Part shown: one piece after another, positions 19,901 to 28,097 of the stretch
How positions within the stretch are numbered: the stretch's first letter is position 1
Layout of the letters: every line of letters starts with the position of its first letter
Source: a virus
IMG/VR virus record: IMGVR_UViG_3300025117_000042
Coordinates: 39,541 to 103,540 of that record
Strand: one strand, 5' to 3'
DNA length: 64,000 nt
Program-made: the position numbers and the translations under genes
Notes under the pieces: generated by a model
Databases searched by the model: none
Seen by the model: the letters and a program-made list of their open reading frames with translations, nothing else
Told to the model about the DNA's origin: nothing

Positions 19901-22558
19901 TTTGCTTTGCAAGTGACTTCTCCATGTATTGATGCAGGTAAAGACATGGGTAGAGGCTATCCATTCGTAGGCTCAGGCTATGATATCGGAGCTAAGGAAT
20001 ATGGTTATGTTGAACCAGATCCTGAAGAGCCGCCTGAAGAGCCTGAAGATCCTGAAGCTCCTACAGCTGGAGCTATGTACTACGTAGACTTCGTAAGCGG
20101 TTCTGATAGTAACAATGGAACCTCTACTGGAACTCCTTTCCAACATTGCCCTGGTGACTCAGCGGCTACTGGATCAGCTGCTAGTACTGCTCTTGCAGCT
20201 GGTGACACTGTAGTTTTCAAGAAAGGTGTAACGTATAGACCTAATCTTATTACTATAGCCAATGAGGGAAGTACAGTTTGCACTGGAACAACAGGAATGC
20301 TCACATCATCTGGAGTATTCACTGATGCTTCTGGAACGTTTGTAACCAGTGGAATTAAAGTAGGTGATTATCTGTATATCTGGCATAGTCTTGATAGCAT
20401 GATAAACAACTATGTAGAGGAATGTGGGCTTTACAAAATAACTGCAATAGGTAGTAATACTCAGCTCACTATCACAGGATACTCAGGCCCTGGTTATAAT
20501 GCTGTAGCCACCATCTCCTACACTGTATGCAGACCTATTACATATAAGTCTTTGGCAGCTTGGGGTACTGGTTATGCTACTATAACAGGTGATATGAATG
20601 CCAGCGGTACAGTAGATTCTGGTGATAAGTTGAAGCTTATAGAGTTGAATGGTAAGAACCACATCAGGTTTGAGGATCTTCGATTCAACTTGTGTAATAC
20701 AGATACTAACGTAACTACAGCAGCAATTGCTAATACTGTCGGTGATGCTCTTTACTTACAGTTGATCGGGTGTACTTTTGACAACATCAAGTCAAGCAGT
20801 GTGTATACTGGACGGTCGATGTATACAATTTGTATCGGTAACATTTGTTCTAATATAGGATTTAATGCTCTCCCTCCAGGTGGGGAAGGTTGTCTGTATG
20901 AGTACAACATGATTTCCGGCCCAGGTTGTCGCAGTGGCTGCTATGGATTGAGATACAGTATTACACGTTATAATACAATAAAGGATCTTACAACTGCCTG
21001 GAACTCAAACGTACCTTACGCAATCGGGCCTATTGATGCGGGGTCACTGAACAACGGATGGTGGGGGTGGGTACATGGGAACTTTATTGATAATTGTACT
21101 TATGGTGTGGTTCTGCCTAACAATTCCAACAAACCGGCCAAAGAATGGGTAATTCATAGTAATGTATTCGTAGGCAGGATGGAACAGACCGGATTTGGGA
21201 CAGCAGCAATTCTTTTATCTGGTTCAGCTGATGTAGGGATCTATAATAACACTATCTATGGCTCAGCTGGTAAAGGCTGGATAGATGGTATTAAGATGGA
21301 AGCTTCAGGATCTTATAACTGTTCTGGAACTGACATTAAAAATAACATCTTCTATCATATGATCGGTGTGTCAAGTCCTGCAAGGCAGATGATTAACGTT
21401 GCTGCTAATCAATCTACCGGTTTGGTGAGTGACTACAACCACTATTACACTGACAATCCTACTCCGTTCATATACGAAGGCGATCCTAAAGCTTTAGTTC
21501 AGTGGAAGGCTCTCAGCTTCGATGTACACGGTGTACATTCATTGCTGGATATAAATGCTAACCCAAACTTTGTTAATACAAACCTCAGTAACTTGAGCCT
21601 TGCTTTACAGTCCTCAAGTCCTGATATATCGAAAGGTATCAGCTGTGCTACAGCCTTTACTAAAGATATATTAGGTAACAAACGTGCTATTTGGGATACT
21701 GGTGCTTATATGTACGGTGCTAGTACTCCTCCAGGTGCTGTTGGTGCTGGTCAGAACAGGATCAGATACAGTGTTGACGATTGTACTACCTACTCCTGGT
21801 CAGTATCTACAGGAACCAAAGCGATCATGTCTTCTGCTAATATACAGATACTTGATGGCGATCAGTATGCTACCAACATGGTTGACTTTGCCAATAAGGG
21901 AATGATGATACATTTCCCCGGTAACTTGTCTATTAACAATATAAAGCTTAAGTTCAACCAAAGCAGCACATCGTTGAAGATCGAAACCTCAGCTGACTCT
22001 ACCGATGGTTTTGATGGAACCTGGACTACCTTGATAAACAACGGTAGCTATCTGACTCCGAACTACACTATGTACGGGATGAATGATACTGTTTGTACTT
22101 GGGTAAGGGTATCTAATACAAACGGTGGAACCATCTACTGTGCTCATATCTTTGGTACATACACTGTACCTAAGATAGAGGTGTGGAGAGCTGATAAGAC
22201 GCAGGAATTCACGGCAGATTACCCTCTGTCATTCCCAAACATACCGGACAGTTCAAACTTCTCCAGCTATGTTGATTTCAAGATTCTGAATAAAGACTCA
22301 GTGCCTCACTCATATCAATTGACTGTAGGAGCGGTTAAATATAACGGTGACGTTATAATAACAAACTACTTCAAACTATCACTTGATAATGGTGTAACAA
22401 AAGCAACAACAGTTATCGCAAAGAGTGAAGCTAACGTATCTGTAGCAGTTCCTTCAAATGGTTATTCACAGACAGTAAGAATCTACGCAGATATACTTAA
22501 GACTCAGAACCCGGCTGATGGTTATCACTACTTCACAATAGCTATAGAAGAGGTGTAA
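16910..22558 (+). CDS. Giant tail spike/fibre with three tandem right-handed beta-helix (pectin-lyase-like) modules
   Basis: Module starts T.IN.AL..CP...V.L.AGTF, LYVATTGSD..GNGS and YYVDF.SGSDSNNG. Asn/Cys ladders. Module ends SPCIDAG...DIGA and SPDI.KG...DTGAY. Confidence 0.75.
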   Translation: MAVYTLPINRNSTWQGNAGVKNDIPSRTTIYTTVSPSNDTSGATDFTNINTALANCPQNQVVKLAAGTFYTNAFIKVPSNKTLRGNGMGSTVLRGVGGSNITAIVGFDGGMYQDANGINVTSGYTKGSTQIVTATATGWAVGDIFLLDEIMDAGGDPPVTNTGSNGTATWNARDGNRCLGQVNSVAAINGNTITLDVPLHWNFSTSRVPQVIRYNAPVKLAGIEALTVDNAADATKHETGDPANISLLGCSNCWCLNVESKNIYQCHFRLRRNFRTTIRGCAFYGHLVSASNRYGVWLGPAGSCLVENCISYQLSPAITMAYAIMGNVIGYNWLHWMDGESSGWAANCISIHGGHCAFNLIEGNIIEGRISADNVWGSGSHTVYLRNRVYLDSRRFQTGNCGAFDLEFQYNSLYYSTIGNVIGQGSEGYVLLNGVDIIEGSRSIYRTGYVYDSDNGASGNNPNVFTTLLRHGDWNIKDNAVIWNGVDSHELPVSLYLTAKPAWMGSAISFPSIGPDVTPMYPTPPTDNTIFPFTSSGGGGSLLNLYVATTGSDTAGNGSSSSPYASLSKACSVATAGYTINVAAGNYTDYSRCNIVPGVNVVGAGKQSTIINCRVGTSSDSYYFNARTSGSLGHNISGITFMGGTSISSRSCSAVGSFWKRNNVILHDCDFKYFSGTNTGFCLEFLGAASWSGEVSDTSPPTMWQSGCQVYNCSFIGCDYASQYTAAFRGSALKDMVVHDCIFDERGTGGYGMKLSNPGWLNNCKFYNNQHFVDPFGGRDESLNIELWNLVNNSEMYGCQFTNGYISLVRGQLLGGTRSFYVHDNILTDMIANEFAVPEMTVYKNIIKGYGTTSNYDNCSGLRVWSPYPAVTYFSNMIFCYNQFYDGHTGSPAIGFTNNNGSVTCVNALIFNNTFNNTGPAFDNSISSLQNLKFCNNIVTSCAGGVNNRGGLAGVDVHNNCFNSNSYNWNLAGASGQSIVANLVSVSPLYVDATNKNFALQVTSPCIDAGKDMGRGYPFVGSGYDIGAKEYGYVEPDPEEPPEEPEDPEAPTAGAMYYVDFVSGSDSNNGTSTGTPFQHCPGDSAATGSAASTALAAGDTVVFKKGVTYRPNLITIANEGSTVCTGTTGMLTSSGVFTDASGTFVTSGIKVGDYLYIWHSLDSMINNYVEECGLYKITAIGSNTQLTITGYSGPGYNAVATISYTVCRPITYKSLAAWGTGYATITGDMNASGTVDSGDKLKLIELNGKNHIRFEDLRFNLCNTDTNVTTAAIANTVGDALYLQLIGCTFDNIKSSSVYTGRSMYTICIGNICSNIGFNALPPGGEGCLYEYNMISGPGCRSGCYGLRYSITRYNTIKDLTTAWNSNVPYAIGPIDAGSLNNGWWGWVHGNFIDNCTYGVVLPNNSNKPAKEWVIHSNVFVGRMEQTGFGTAAILLSGSADVGIYNNTIYGSAGKGWIDGIKMEASGSYNCSGTDIKNNIFYHMIGVSSPARQMINVAANQSTGLVSDYNHYYTDNPTPFIYEGDPKALVQWKALSFDVHGVHSLLDINANPNFVNTNLSNLSLALQSSSPDISKGISCATAFTKDILGNKRAIWDTGAYMYGASTPPGAVGAGQNRIRYSVDDCTTYSWSVSTGTKAIMSSANIQILDGDQYATNMVDFANKGMMIHFPGNLSINNIKLKFNQSSTSLKIETSADSTDGFDGTWTTLINNGSYLTPNYTMYGMNDTVCTWVRVSNTNGGTIYCAHIFGTYTVPKIEVWRADKTQEFTADYPLSFPNIPDSSNFSSYVDFKILNKDSVPHSYQLTVGAVKYNGDVIITNYFKLSLDNGVTKATTVIAKSEANVSVAVPSNGYSQTVRIYADILKTQNPADGYHYFTIAIEEV

Positions 22559-22561
22559 TCA

Positions 22562-23848
22562 ATGGCAAAGCTCAATATATCCGGTAAGTCAATACTTACT
22601 CCGCAAGATCAAACTAAGTTTTCTATTACAGGTTTTGCGATAGCTCTTAACTCATACACCACAACTACAGGAACTCCAGTAGCTCCTCTAGGTGTGAGTG
22701 CCATAGGTCAGAACAACCAAGTAAGACTGTCTTGGAGTCCTGTACCTCAAGCGGTATCGTATAACGTGTACTGGTCAACCATCTATGGGGTAACTCCAGT
22801 AAGCGGTTACAAACTGGCTTCTGTAAATTCTCCATACATACATGTAGGTCTAATAGCAAACACAACATACTTCTATTGTGTAACTGCTGTGAACGATATA
22901 GGTGAGGGGCCAGCTTCTAGGCAGGTTCATGCTACTACAGCTCAATCGGGAGTGGTTAAACCGCCGCTCCCTCCTCCTCCAACTCCGTCTACAGCGGTAA
23001 CATATCCTGTCAGTCCGATAAATCTAGTAGAAAACTTACCTTCATACTTTGACAAGGACAGTTACCCTACACCGGTTTTCAGGGTACTGGATGAGAGGGT
23101 AAACCATGTCAGGGTTGCTCCTGACTTAAAGAGTATCATTGTACGTCTGCCTGAAGCTGAGACAGAGATTGATATTGTAGGGAAGACCATAGGACAGATA
23201 GCTCAAGCTGTGAGAGATGCAGGGTTTCAGGTCGAGGCGATAAACCTGGAGTATGACAACCTGAAGAACCACACTCTCACCAATGGGCCTACGATCAGTA
23301 ACACAGTGTACTTTGAGACTTCTTTTAATAGAAGAATCTGTGCTTCCATAGAGCAGTTTTTGATGAGTAACATTAGCGATTTCATAGCTGGAAAGGATGA
23401 AATCTATTTCTCAAGATCTGATAACGACTGGTTGACTCTCTGGTGCAGGTACTTTGGATTTGGGAGACTAACAGCTGAGGATGATGCTGTACTGTTTCGT
23501 AGAGCCTTAGCAGGTATATCTGCTATTAAAATAAACGAGAAAGCTCTTATCAAATTGATGCTTTCTCAGCTAGGTTATTCAGTAACAATAACGGATGAGT
23601 ACCCTACAATAAGGAATACTTTCGGGATAAAGTTTCAAGGTGTAGATATATCAAAACTTCCACAGGTAGATATAGATGCTATAATAGACGTTGTGAATAG
23701 GTATAGAGCAGCTGGTTGTTTTCCTATATACTATATTCAGAGCGGTTATTTGCACACTAACACTGTGGGAGAAACCACGAATAATTCTCAGTGGAGAACA
23801 GCCCCAGGCAGTGTTCTGTACATACCGATAGTATTACAGCACTCATAA
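22562..23848 (+). CDS. Fn3-domain + baseplate wedge (I/gp7-like) protein
   Basis: Fn3 (LSW.PV..A.SYNVYW...YFY.VTAVN..GEG), a Pro-rich linker, then WL..W..YFG..R...E.D...R and RAAG motifs. Confidence 0.7.
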   Translation: MAKLNISGKSILTPQDQTKFSITGFAIALNSYTTTTGTPVAPLGVSAIGQNNQVRLSWSPVPQAVSYNVYWSTIYGVTPVSGYKLASVNSPYIHVGLIANTTYFYCVTAVNDIGEGPASRQVHATTAQSGVVKPPLPPPPTPSTAVTYPVSPINLVENLPSYFDKDSYPTPVFRVLDERVNHVRVAPDLKSIIVRLPEAETEIDIVGKTIGQIAQAVRDAGFQVEAINLEYDNLKNHTLTNGPTISNTVYFETSFNRRICASIEQFLMSNISDFIAGKDEIYFSRSDNDWLTLWCRYFGFGRLTAEDDAVLFRRALAGISAIKINEKALIKLMLSQLGYSVTITDEYPTIRNTFGIKFQGVDISKLPQVDIDAIIDVVNRYRAAGCFPIYYIQSGYLHTNTVGETTNNSQWRTAPGSVLYIPIVLQHS

Positions 23849-23862
23849 AGAGGACATGACAA

Positions 23863-24948
23863 ATGATAAAGGGAATCAACTGGACAGGCAATTACTCGCG
23901 CTTTGGCTACGATGAGGCTGATAATTATCTCATGGTGCTAAAAGAAATGGGTGTACCTGTTCCTGATGACGAATTCAATGCTATGCAGGAGATGCAGCTT
24001 ACCTATCTGCGTAGAATAGCTTACATGATCGTTGGTGATGGTACGAATGACAATGGCTTTCTATGTGTAGGCACCGGAGCTGCAAACAACTTTACTATAA
24101 AAGCCGGTAAACATCTATTAGACGGTTGGTACATAGCTAACTCAATAGACTGTACTTACACGACTCAACCTAATACACAGCCAGCATTGACAACACCTAG
24201 CGGTGCTCGTCAAGACAATGTGTACCTTGATATTTGGTATGATGAAATAAACGATCTTGCCGATCCAGATATCAAAGATCCTACTCTCAACATCAGAACC
24301 TCCTGCCGACTCAAACTTAATTGGGCTGTTAAAGTGGCTGAAGCTAATAGCACAATGTCAAACTACTCTGACAGTAACCAGAGGTATCATTGGGTTACAT
24401 TGATAGCTATCCTAAATAGATCTGCTTCAACTGCTATTGATGCCAGTATGGTTACTGACAAGCGGAGACTTTGGGGGGGCAGTAGTGCAGAATATATTGC
24501 TCAAGTTGCTTTTTTTGCTAGGTCTACTGTACCTGCTGGCTGGCTTGTATGTGACGGTTCAGCTATTAGCAGAACTACCTATGCTACCCTTTATGCAGCC
24601 ATAGGTACGACTTTTGGGATAGGTGATGGTACTACTACGTTTAATCTACCTAACATGACCGGTCAATTTGTACGTGGTTGGAATGGCACATCTACAGGTC
24701 TTGATGCTAATAGAACATTTGGTAGTACTCAAACTGACAACTTCAAGGCTCACAAACACACTGTACCTTGGGGTGGCGGTAACAATACTGAGCATATTTT
24801 TGGTTATAATATGGCATATGGTTTATTGAATCCTGGTACAGACAGTACCGATTGGGATAACGCTTTGCCGTACTCTGATGAAGCTGGAGGGGGAACTGAA
24901 ACAAGACCACATAACATAGCACTGTTGCCTTGTATAAGATTCCGGTAA
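23863..24948 (+). CDS. Tail fibre with tail-collar domain
   Basis: P.GWL.CDG.AISRTTYA.L.AAIGT.FG.GDG.TTFNLP...G.FVRG and terminal ETRP.NIAL..CI. Confidence 0.88.
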   Translation: MIKGINWTGNYSRFGYDEADNYLMVLKEMGVPVPDDEFNAMQEMQLTYLRRIAYMIVGDGTNDNGFLCVGTGAANNFTIKAGKHLLDGWYIANSIDCTYTTQPNTQPALTTPSGARQDNVYLDIWYDEINDLADPDIKDPTLNIRTSCRLKLNWAVKVAEANSTMSNYSDSNQRYHWVTLIAILNRSASTAIDASMVTDKRRLWGGSSAEYIAQVAFFARSTVPAGWLVCDGSAISRTTYATLYAAIGTTFGIGDGTTTFNLPNMTGQFVRGWNGTSTGLDANRTFGSTQTDNFKAHKHTVPWGGGNNTEHIFGYNMAYGLLNPGTDSTDWDNALPYSDEAGGGTETRPHNIALLPCIRFR

Positions 24949-24955
24949 ACACTAC

Positions 24956-25330
24956 TTGTCAGAAGGGAGCGGAGGGTTGACAGAGGAAATTGAAAAAAAC
25001 AGAATAAAGGAGTTGGAACAAGGATACCTAACACTGAAAGTTATCAGTGAGGTAACGCAAGAGTCAGTTCATGAAATTAAATCTGATGTAAAGGATATCA
25101 AAGAGTCTGTAAATGAAATACAGAAATCGCTGGAAGTAAATGCAGCTCTACAGAAATATAAGAACGATACCAGCCTTTGGCTGGGTATCAAGAAGAACAC
25201 TGCTAATATACTTGTTTGGGTAGGTATTGTTTTCATGTTCTTCATGGTGCTGACACACCTGGATGAGTTCAGAAGCTGGGAAAAATCTTCGGTGTATCCG
25301 TCCTCACATGCAGCACCGATCCAAAAGTAA
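24956..25330 (+). CDS. Coiled-coil + single-TM protein (holin/antiholin-like)
   Basis: Coiled coil followed by the hydrophobic ILVWVGIVFMFFMVL, directly upstream of the endolysin. The true start is probably TTG ~24977. Confidence 0.5.
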   Translation: MSEGSGGLTEEIEKNRIKELEQGYLTLKVISEVTQESVHEIKSDVKDIKESVNEIQKSLEVNAALQKYKNDTSLWLGIKKNTANILVWVGIVFMFFMVLTHLDEFRSWEKSSVYPSSHAAPIQK

Positions 25331-25357
25331 AACGTCTGTAAATTATAGGGAACAAAA

Positions 25358-25867
25358 ATGGCTACTACCCTAAAACCTATCACTACCAATGCCGAGCGCA
25401 TGAAAGTCTTTGGTTATTTCAAATACAGTAAGCTAGACAACGGAGAGGTGAAAATCCTGGGGGGTTGGATAGGTAAAAACATAGTCAAAGTAAATATCCC
25501 TCAGTTAAAGAATGTAAAGGGTGCGCCTAAAGATTGTAATATATATGTGCATAAGAAAGCGGCTGAAGCAATAAAAGCAATGTTTGCTGAGTTTGAAACA
25601 GCAGGATTGCTGAAGTATCTATTATCATGGGATGGTTCATTCTATCCTCGTATGGTTCGTGGCAGTACCAAAACCCTGAGTAATCATACCTTCGGCACTG
25701 CTTTTGATATCAACGCCCGATGGAATCCTTTAGGTGTCACACCAGCTACAGGCACTGGAACAGTAGAGCCTCTAGTTGAGATTGCAAATAAACATGGATT
25801 TTTTTGGGGGGGAGATTATATTAAAAGGGCTGATCCAATGCATTTCGAGTATTGTATTACAACATAG
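25358..25867 (+). CDS. Endolysin, M15 family Zn peptidase
   Basis: R...SNHTFGTAFD (SxHxxGxAxD) and WGG....DPMHFE. Confidence 0.88.
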   Translation: MATTLKPITTNAERMKVFGYFKYSKLDNGEVKILGGWIGKNIVKVNIPQLKNVKGAPKDCNIYVHKKAAEAIKAMFAEFETAGLLKYLLSWDGSFYPRMVRGSTKTLSNHTFGTAFDINARWNPLGVTPATGTGTVEPLVEIANKHGFFWGGDYIKRADPMHFEYCITT

Positions 25868-25873
25868 AAAGGG

Positions 25874-26068
25874 GTGAAGGAGATGACTACGAACACGCTA
25901 TTTGCACTGACATTATGTATTATAGCAATCCTCAGTTTTTGGGTTCCAGTACCCAATGTCAACATGGAGTTGCTTAAAATGATAGCATCGGCATTGATCG
26001 GTGCTGTATCTGCTGTAGGAGTACAATCTGTAATCAAAAAAACCACAGGAAAGGTGGAGCAAAAATGA
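25874..26068 (+). CDS. Small two-TM membrane protein (holin candidate)
   Basis: Two hydrophobic segments and a basic C-terminus, after the endolysin. Confidence 0.55.
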   Translation: MKEMTTNTLFALTLCIIAILSFWVPVPNVNMELLKMIASALIGAVSAVGVQSVIKKTTGKVEQK

Positions 26069-26481
26069 GAAAATATCTAATAGCAATGTTGATACCGCTC
26101 ATGCTGATATTTGCAAGCGGTTGTGCTACGTTTAACAAGGGGCCGGATCTTACTCCGCTACAGAACTCACAGCAAGCAGCTGAACAGACTGTTTATGCTA
26201 TCGGCGTATCCCTCCAGGCTATTCCTGGGATCTGTGATGCGTTCTATGCTGCCGGGAAGATGGATAAGGAAACTTATAATAAAGTAGTTCCTATCTATAA
26301 CCAAGCTCTAGGGTCGTACAAGCTACTGCTGATGGCCTTGAGAGAAAGTTTGGTTGCTGGCAATGATCCAAATGCACAGACTGCCTACGTTACTGCTCTG
26401 AACAGATTTCTACTGGACAAGCAAATGCTGGATAGTCTAGCTCTAGCTCTAGGTGTACAACCGGCAGGAGGTGGTAAATAA
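26065..26481 (+). CDS. Lipoprotein (spanin candidate)
   Basis: Signal peptide with lipobox FASG-C. Confidence 0.65.
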   Translation: MRKYLIAMLIPLMLIFASGCATFNKGPDLTPLQNSQQAAEQTVYAIGVSLQAIPGICDAFYAAGKMDKETYNKVVPIYNQALGSYKLLLMALRESLVAGNDPNAQTAYVTALNRFLLDKQMLDSLALALGVQPAGGGK

Positions 26482-26660
26482 TGGATGCCATGACTGTATT
26501 ATCTATTATGCAGCTTGCTGCTGTATTGACTCCGCAAGCTGTTGTGCTCACCAACACTCTGATTGATGCTTTTAATAGATCTGACATGAGTGATGATGAA
26601 AAACTTCGGAAGATCAACGAGTTGCTTGAAAATCTCAAGCCTATGGAACTGAAAAAATAA
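26481..26660 (+). CDS. 59-aa protein missing from the ORF track (MDAMTVLSIMQLAAV...MELKK)
   Basis: GGAGGT SD; TAATG coupling to the lipoprotein gene; ends before a terminator. Confidence 0.65.
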   Translation: MDAMTVLSIMQLAAVLTPQAVVLTNTLIDAFNRSDMSDDEKLRKINELLENLKPMELKK

Positions 26661-26705
26661 CAAATAGCGTTTTTTGGTGATAAAACGTTTCAGGTGGTGT
26701 AGTAT

Positions 26706-26742
26706 GAGAAGTCCCGCTGGTTAATTCTAGTGGGGCTTTCTT
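26706..26742 (+). terminator. Terminator ending the late/lysis operon
   Basis: GAGAAGTCCCGCTGG-TTAATT-CTAGTGGGGCTTTC-TT hairpin. Confidence 0.6.
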
Positions 26743-26786
26743 GTCTGTACTAACTTAATACTTATGTATTATAAGAAAGGATCACC

Positions 26787-27128
26787 ATGTTAAAGTACGG
26801 TAGACCGCAGGATGTTTCAAGAGAAGATATTTTTATATTACAACATCTAAAACGTCATTTGCAGTCCTGGTCAGCTTCCGCAATACTTACCCTTATATTA
26901 GAAGAAATACCCAATCCTTCAGTACCTTATGTAACAATAGACAGTAAGTTAAGTACTAGACTTTACATAAGTTTGGCAGAAATACGAACAGCCAAAAGAG
27001 TTCTAATAGAATCTGGACTTGTTAATATAAAAGTAAGGGGTTTACCGAAGGCAACCTACTATACAGTAGATTTCAAGCAACTAGCTGTAATTGAAAAGAA
27101 ATATGGCTTCAAATCCGATTATAAATAA
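26787..27128 (+). CDS. Winged-HTH DNA-binding protein (replication-initiator N-domain-like)
   Basis: LS.AEIR.AK..L...GL......G.P...YY.VD pattern. Confidence 0.55.
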   Translation: MLKYGRPQDVSREDIFILQHLKRHLQSWSASAILTLILEEIPNPSVPYVTIDSKLSTRLYISLAEIRTAKRVLIESGLVNIKVRGLPKATYYTVDFKQLAVIEKKYGFKSDYK

Positions 27129-27353
27129 TAGATAAAATTGCAGATCTTCAAAAGAACAATGTCAAAGAATGAAAAAATAAATGTTTAGTTTCTTAGTTTT
27201 TAGGTGTTTTACATAATGATTTCAATAAAGTATTTACATGTTCACTTTTTCTTTACTATATATACTATGTAAACATTGTACTTAGACATTTACTTCGTAA
27301 ATGGTAGAAAAAAATTTTTCTATCGGCAACATCTCGCAAAGGAATTGAGTCAT

Positions 27354-28094
27354 ATGCTATTAGACATACCTACTGTCAACGAGAAATCATCTCTGCCAAC
27401 GAGGAAAGCTAAAGTCGATCATCGTCAACTTGCATTAGATAAACTTAAGGAACTGACAGACAGATCCTTCTTCGGAACTGAGAAGGAAATATACAACTTG
27501 TCTATTATATATGACAGGCTGTTGTTGAAGTACACCGGGATAAAAAAGCACTCGCTATCACCTTTGCCGAAGGTAGCTCGTTCAGGTAAGAACTGGCAGA
27601 AGTTTAGAAAGCTCCATTCTCTGCTGTCCACGTACAACTTCCCCGCAGAGCTGTTCATTGAGGTTCAGTTTATGGTGTTTGCTGGTAAACGCAAATTTGC
27701 TGGCAACATCTATCCATTCCCTTCGATGCTGTACGGTCAATGGGCTGAAGAAAACTATGCTAGATTCATTCAGGAACGCATAGAAACAGAAACCCTTGAG
27801 TCAGCTTTCTACACAGAACGATCTAAAATTCAGCAGCAAATCAAAGACTCCATAGAAACAATCAGTAGTTTCAGGAAGTACAATCCAGACGTAACAGAAC
27901 TCCAGTTACTGTTGATGCTTGAGAGTATGCTGTCTCCTGTTTATCTGATAACAAACAAAACTTTTATGAGGTACATCAATGAAAACAACATAGATTTGCC
28001 TTCTGATTTGATAAGTCCACTTATAAGGATGCAAAGGGATAAGCAGTATTATCAAACAGTGCTAAATGTTATAGCTGAAATGAAGGGGAAGTGA
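27354..28094 (+). CDS. Replication protein/helicase loader (putative)
   Basis: ATG 27354 with SD-like AAGGA; YP.PSML motif; directly upstream of the helicase. Confidence 0.45.
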   Translation: MLLDIPTVNEKSSLPTRKAKVDHRQLALDKLKELTDRSFFGTEKEIYNLSIIYDRLLLKYTGIKKHSLSPLPKVARSGKNWQKFRKLHSLLSTYNFPAELFIEVQFMVFAGKRKFAGNIYPFPSMLYGQWAEENYARFIQERIETETLESAFYTERSKIQQQIKDSIETISSFRKYNPDVTELQLLLMLESMLSPVYLITNKTFMRYINENNIDLPSDLISPLIRMQRDKQYYQTVLNVIAEMKGK

Positions 28095-28097
28095 CAG

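Noticed and set aside
23863-24948. Diversity-generating retroelement target in the tail fibre
   Set aside because: No reverse transcriptase and no TR/VR repeat pair seen in the window.
27276-27353. N-terminal extension of the 272-aa ORF from TTG 27276
   Set aside because: It runs through palindromic AT-rich DNA with no SD; ATG 27354 has a better ribosome-binding site.
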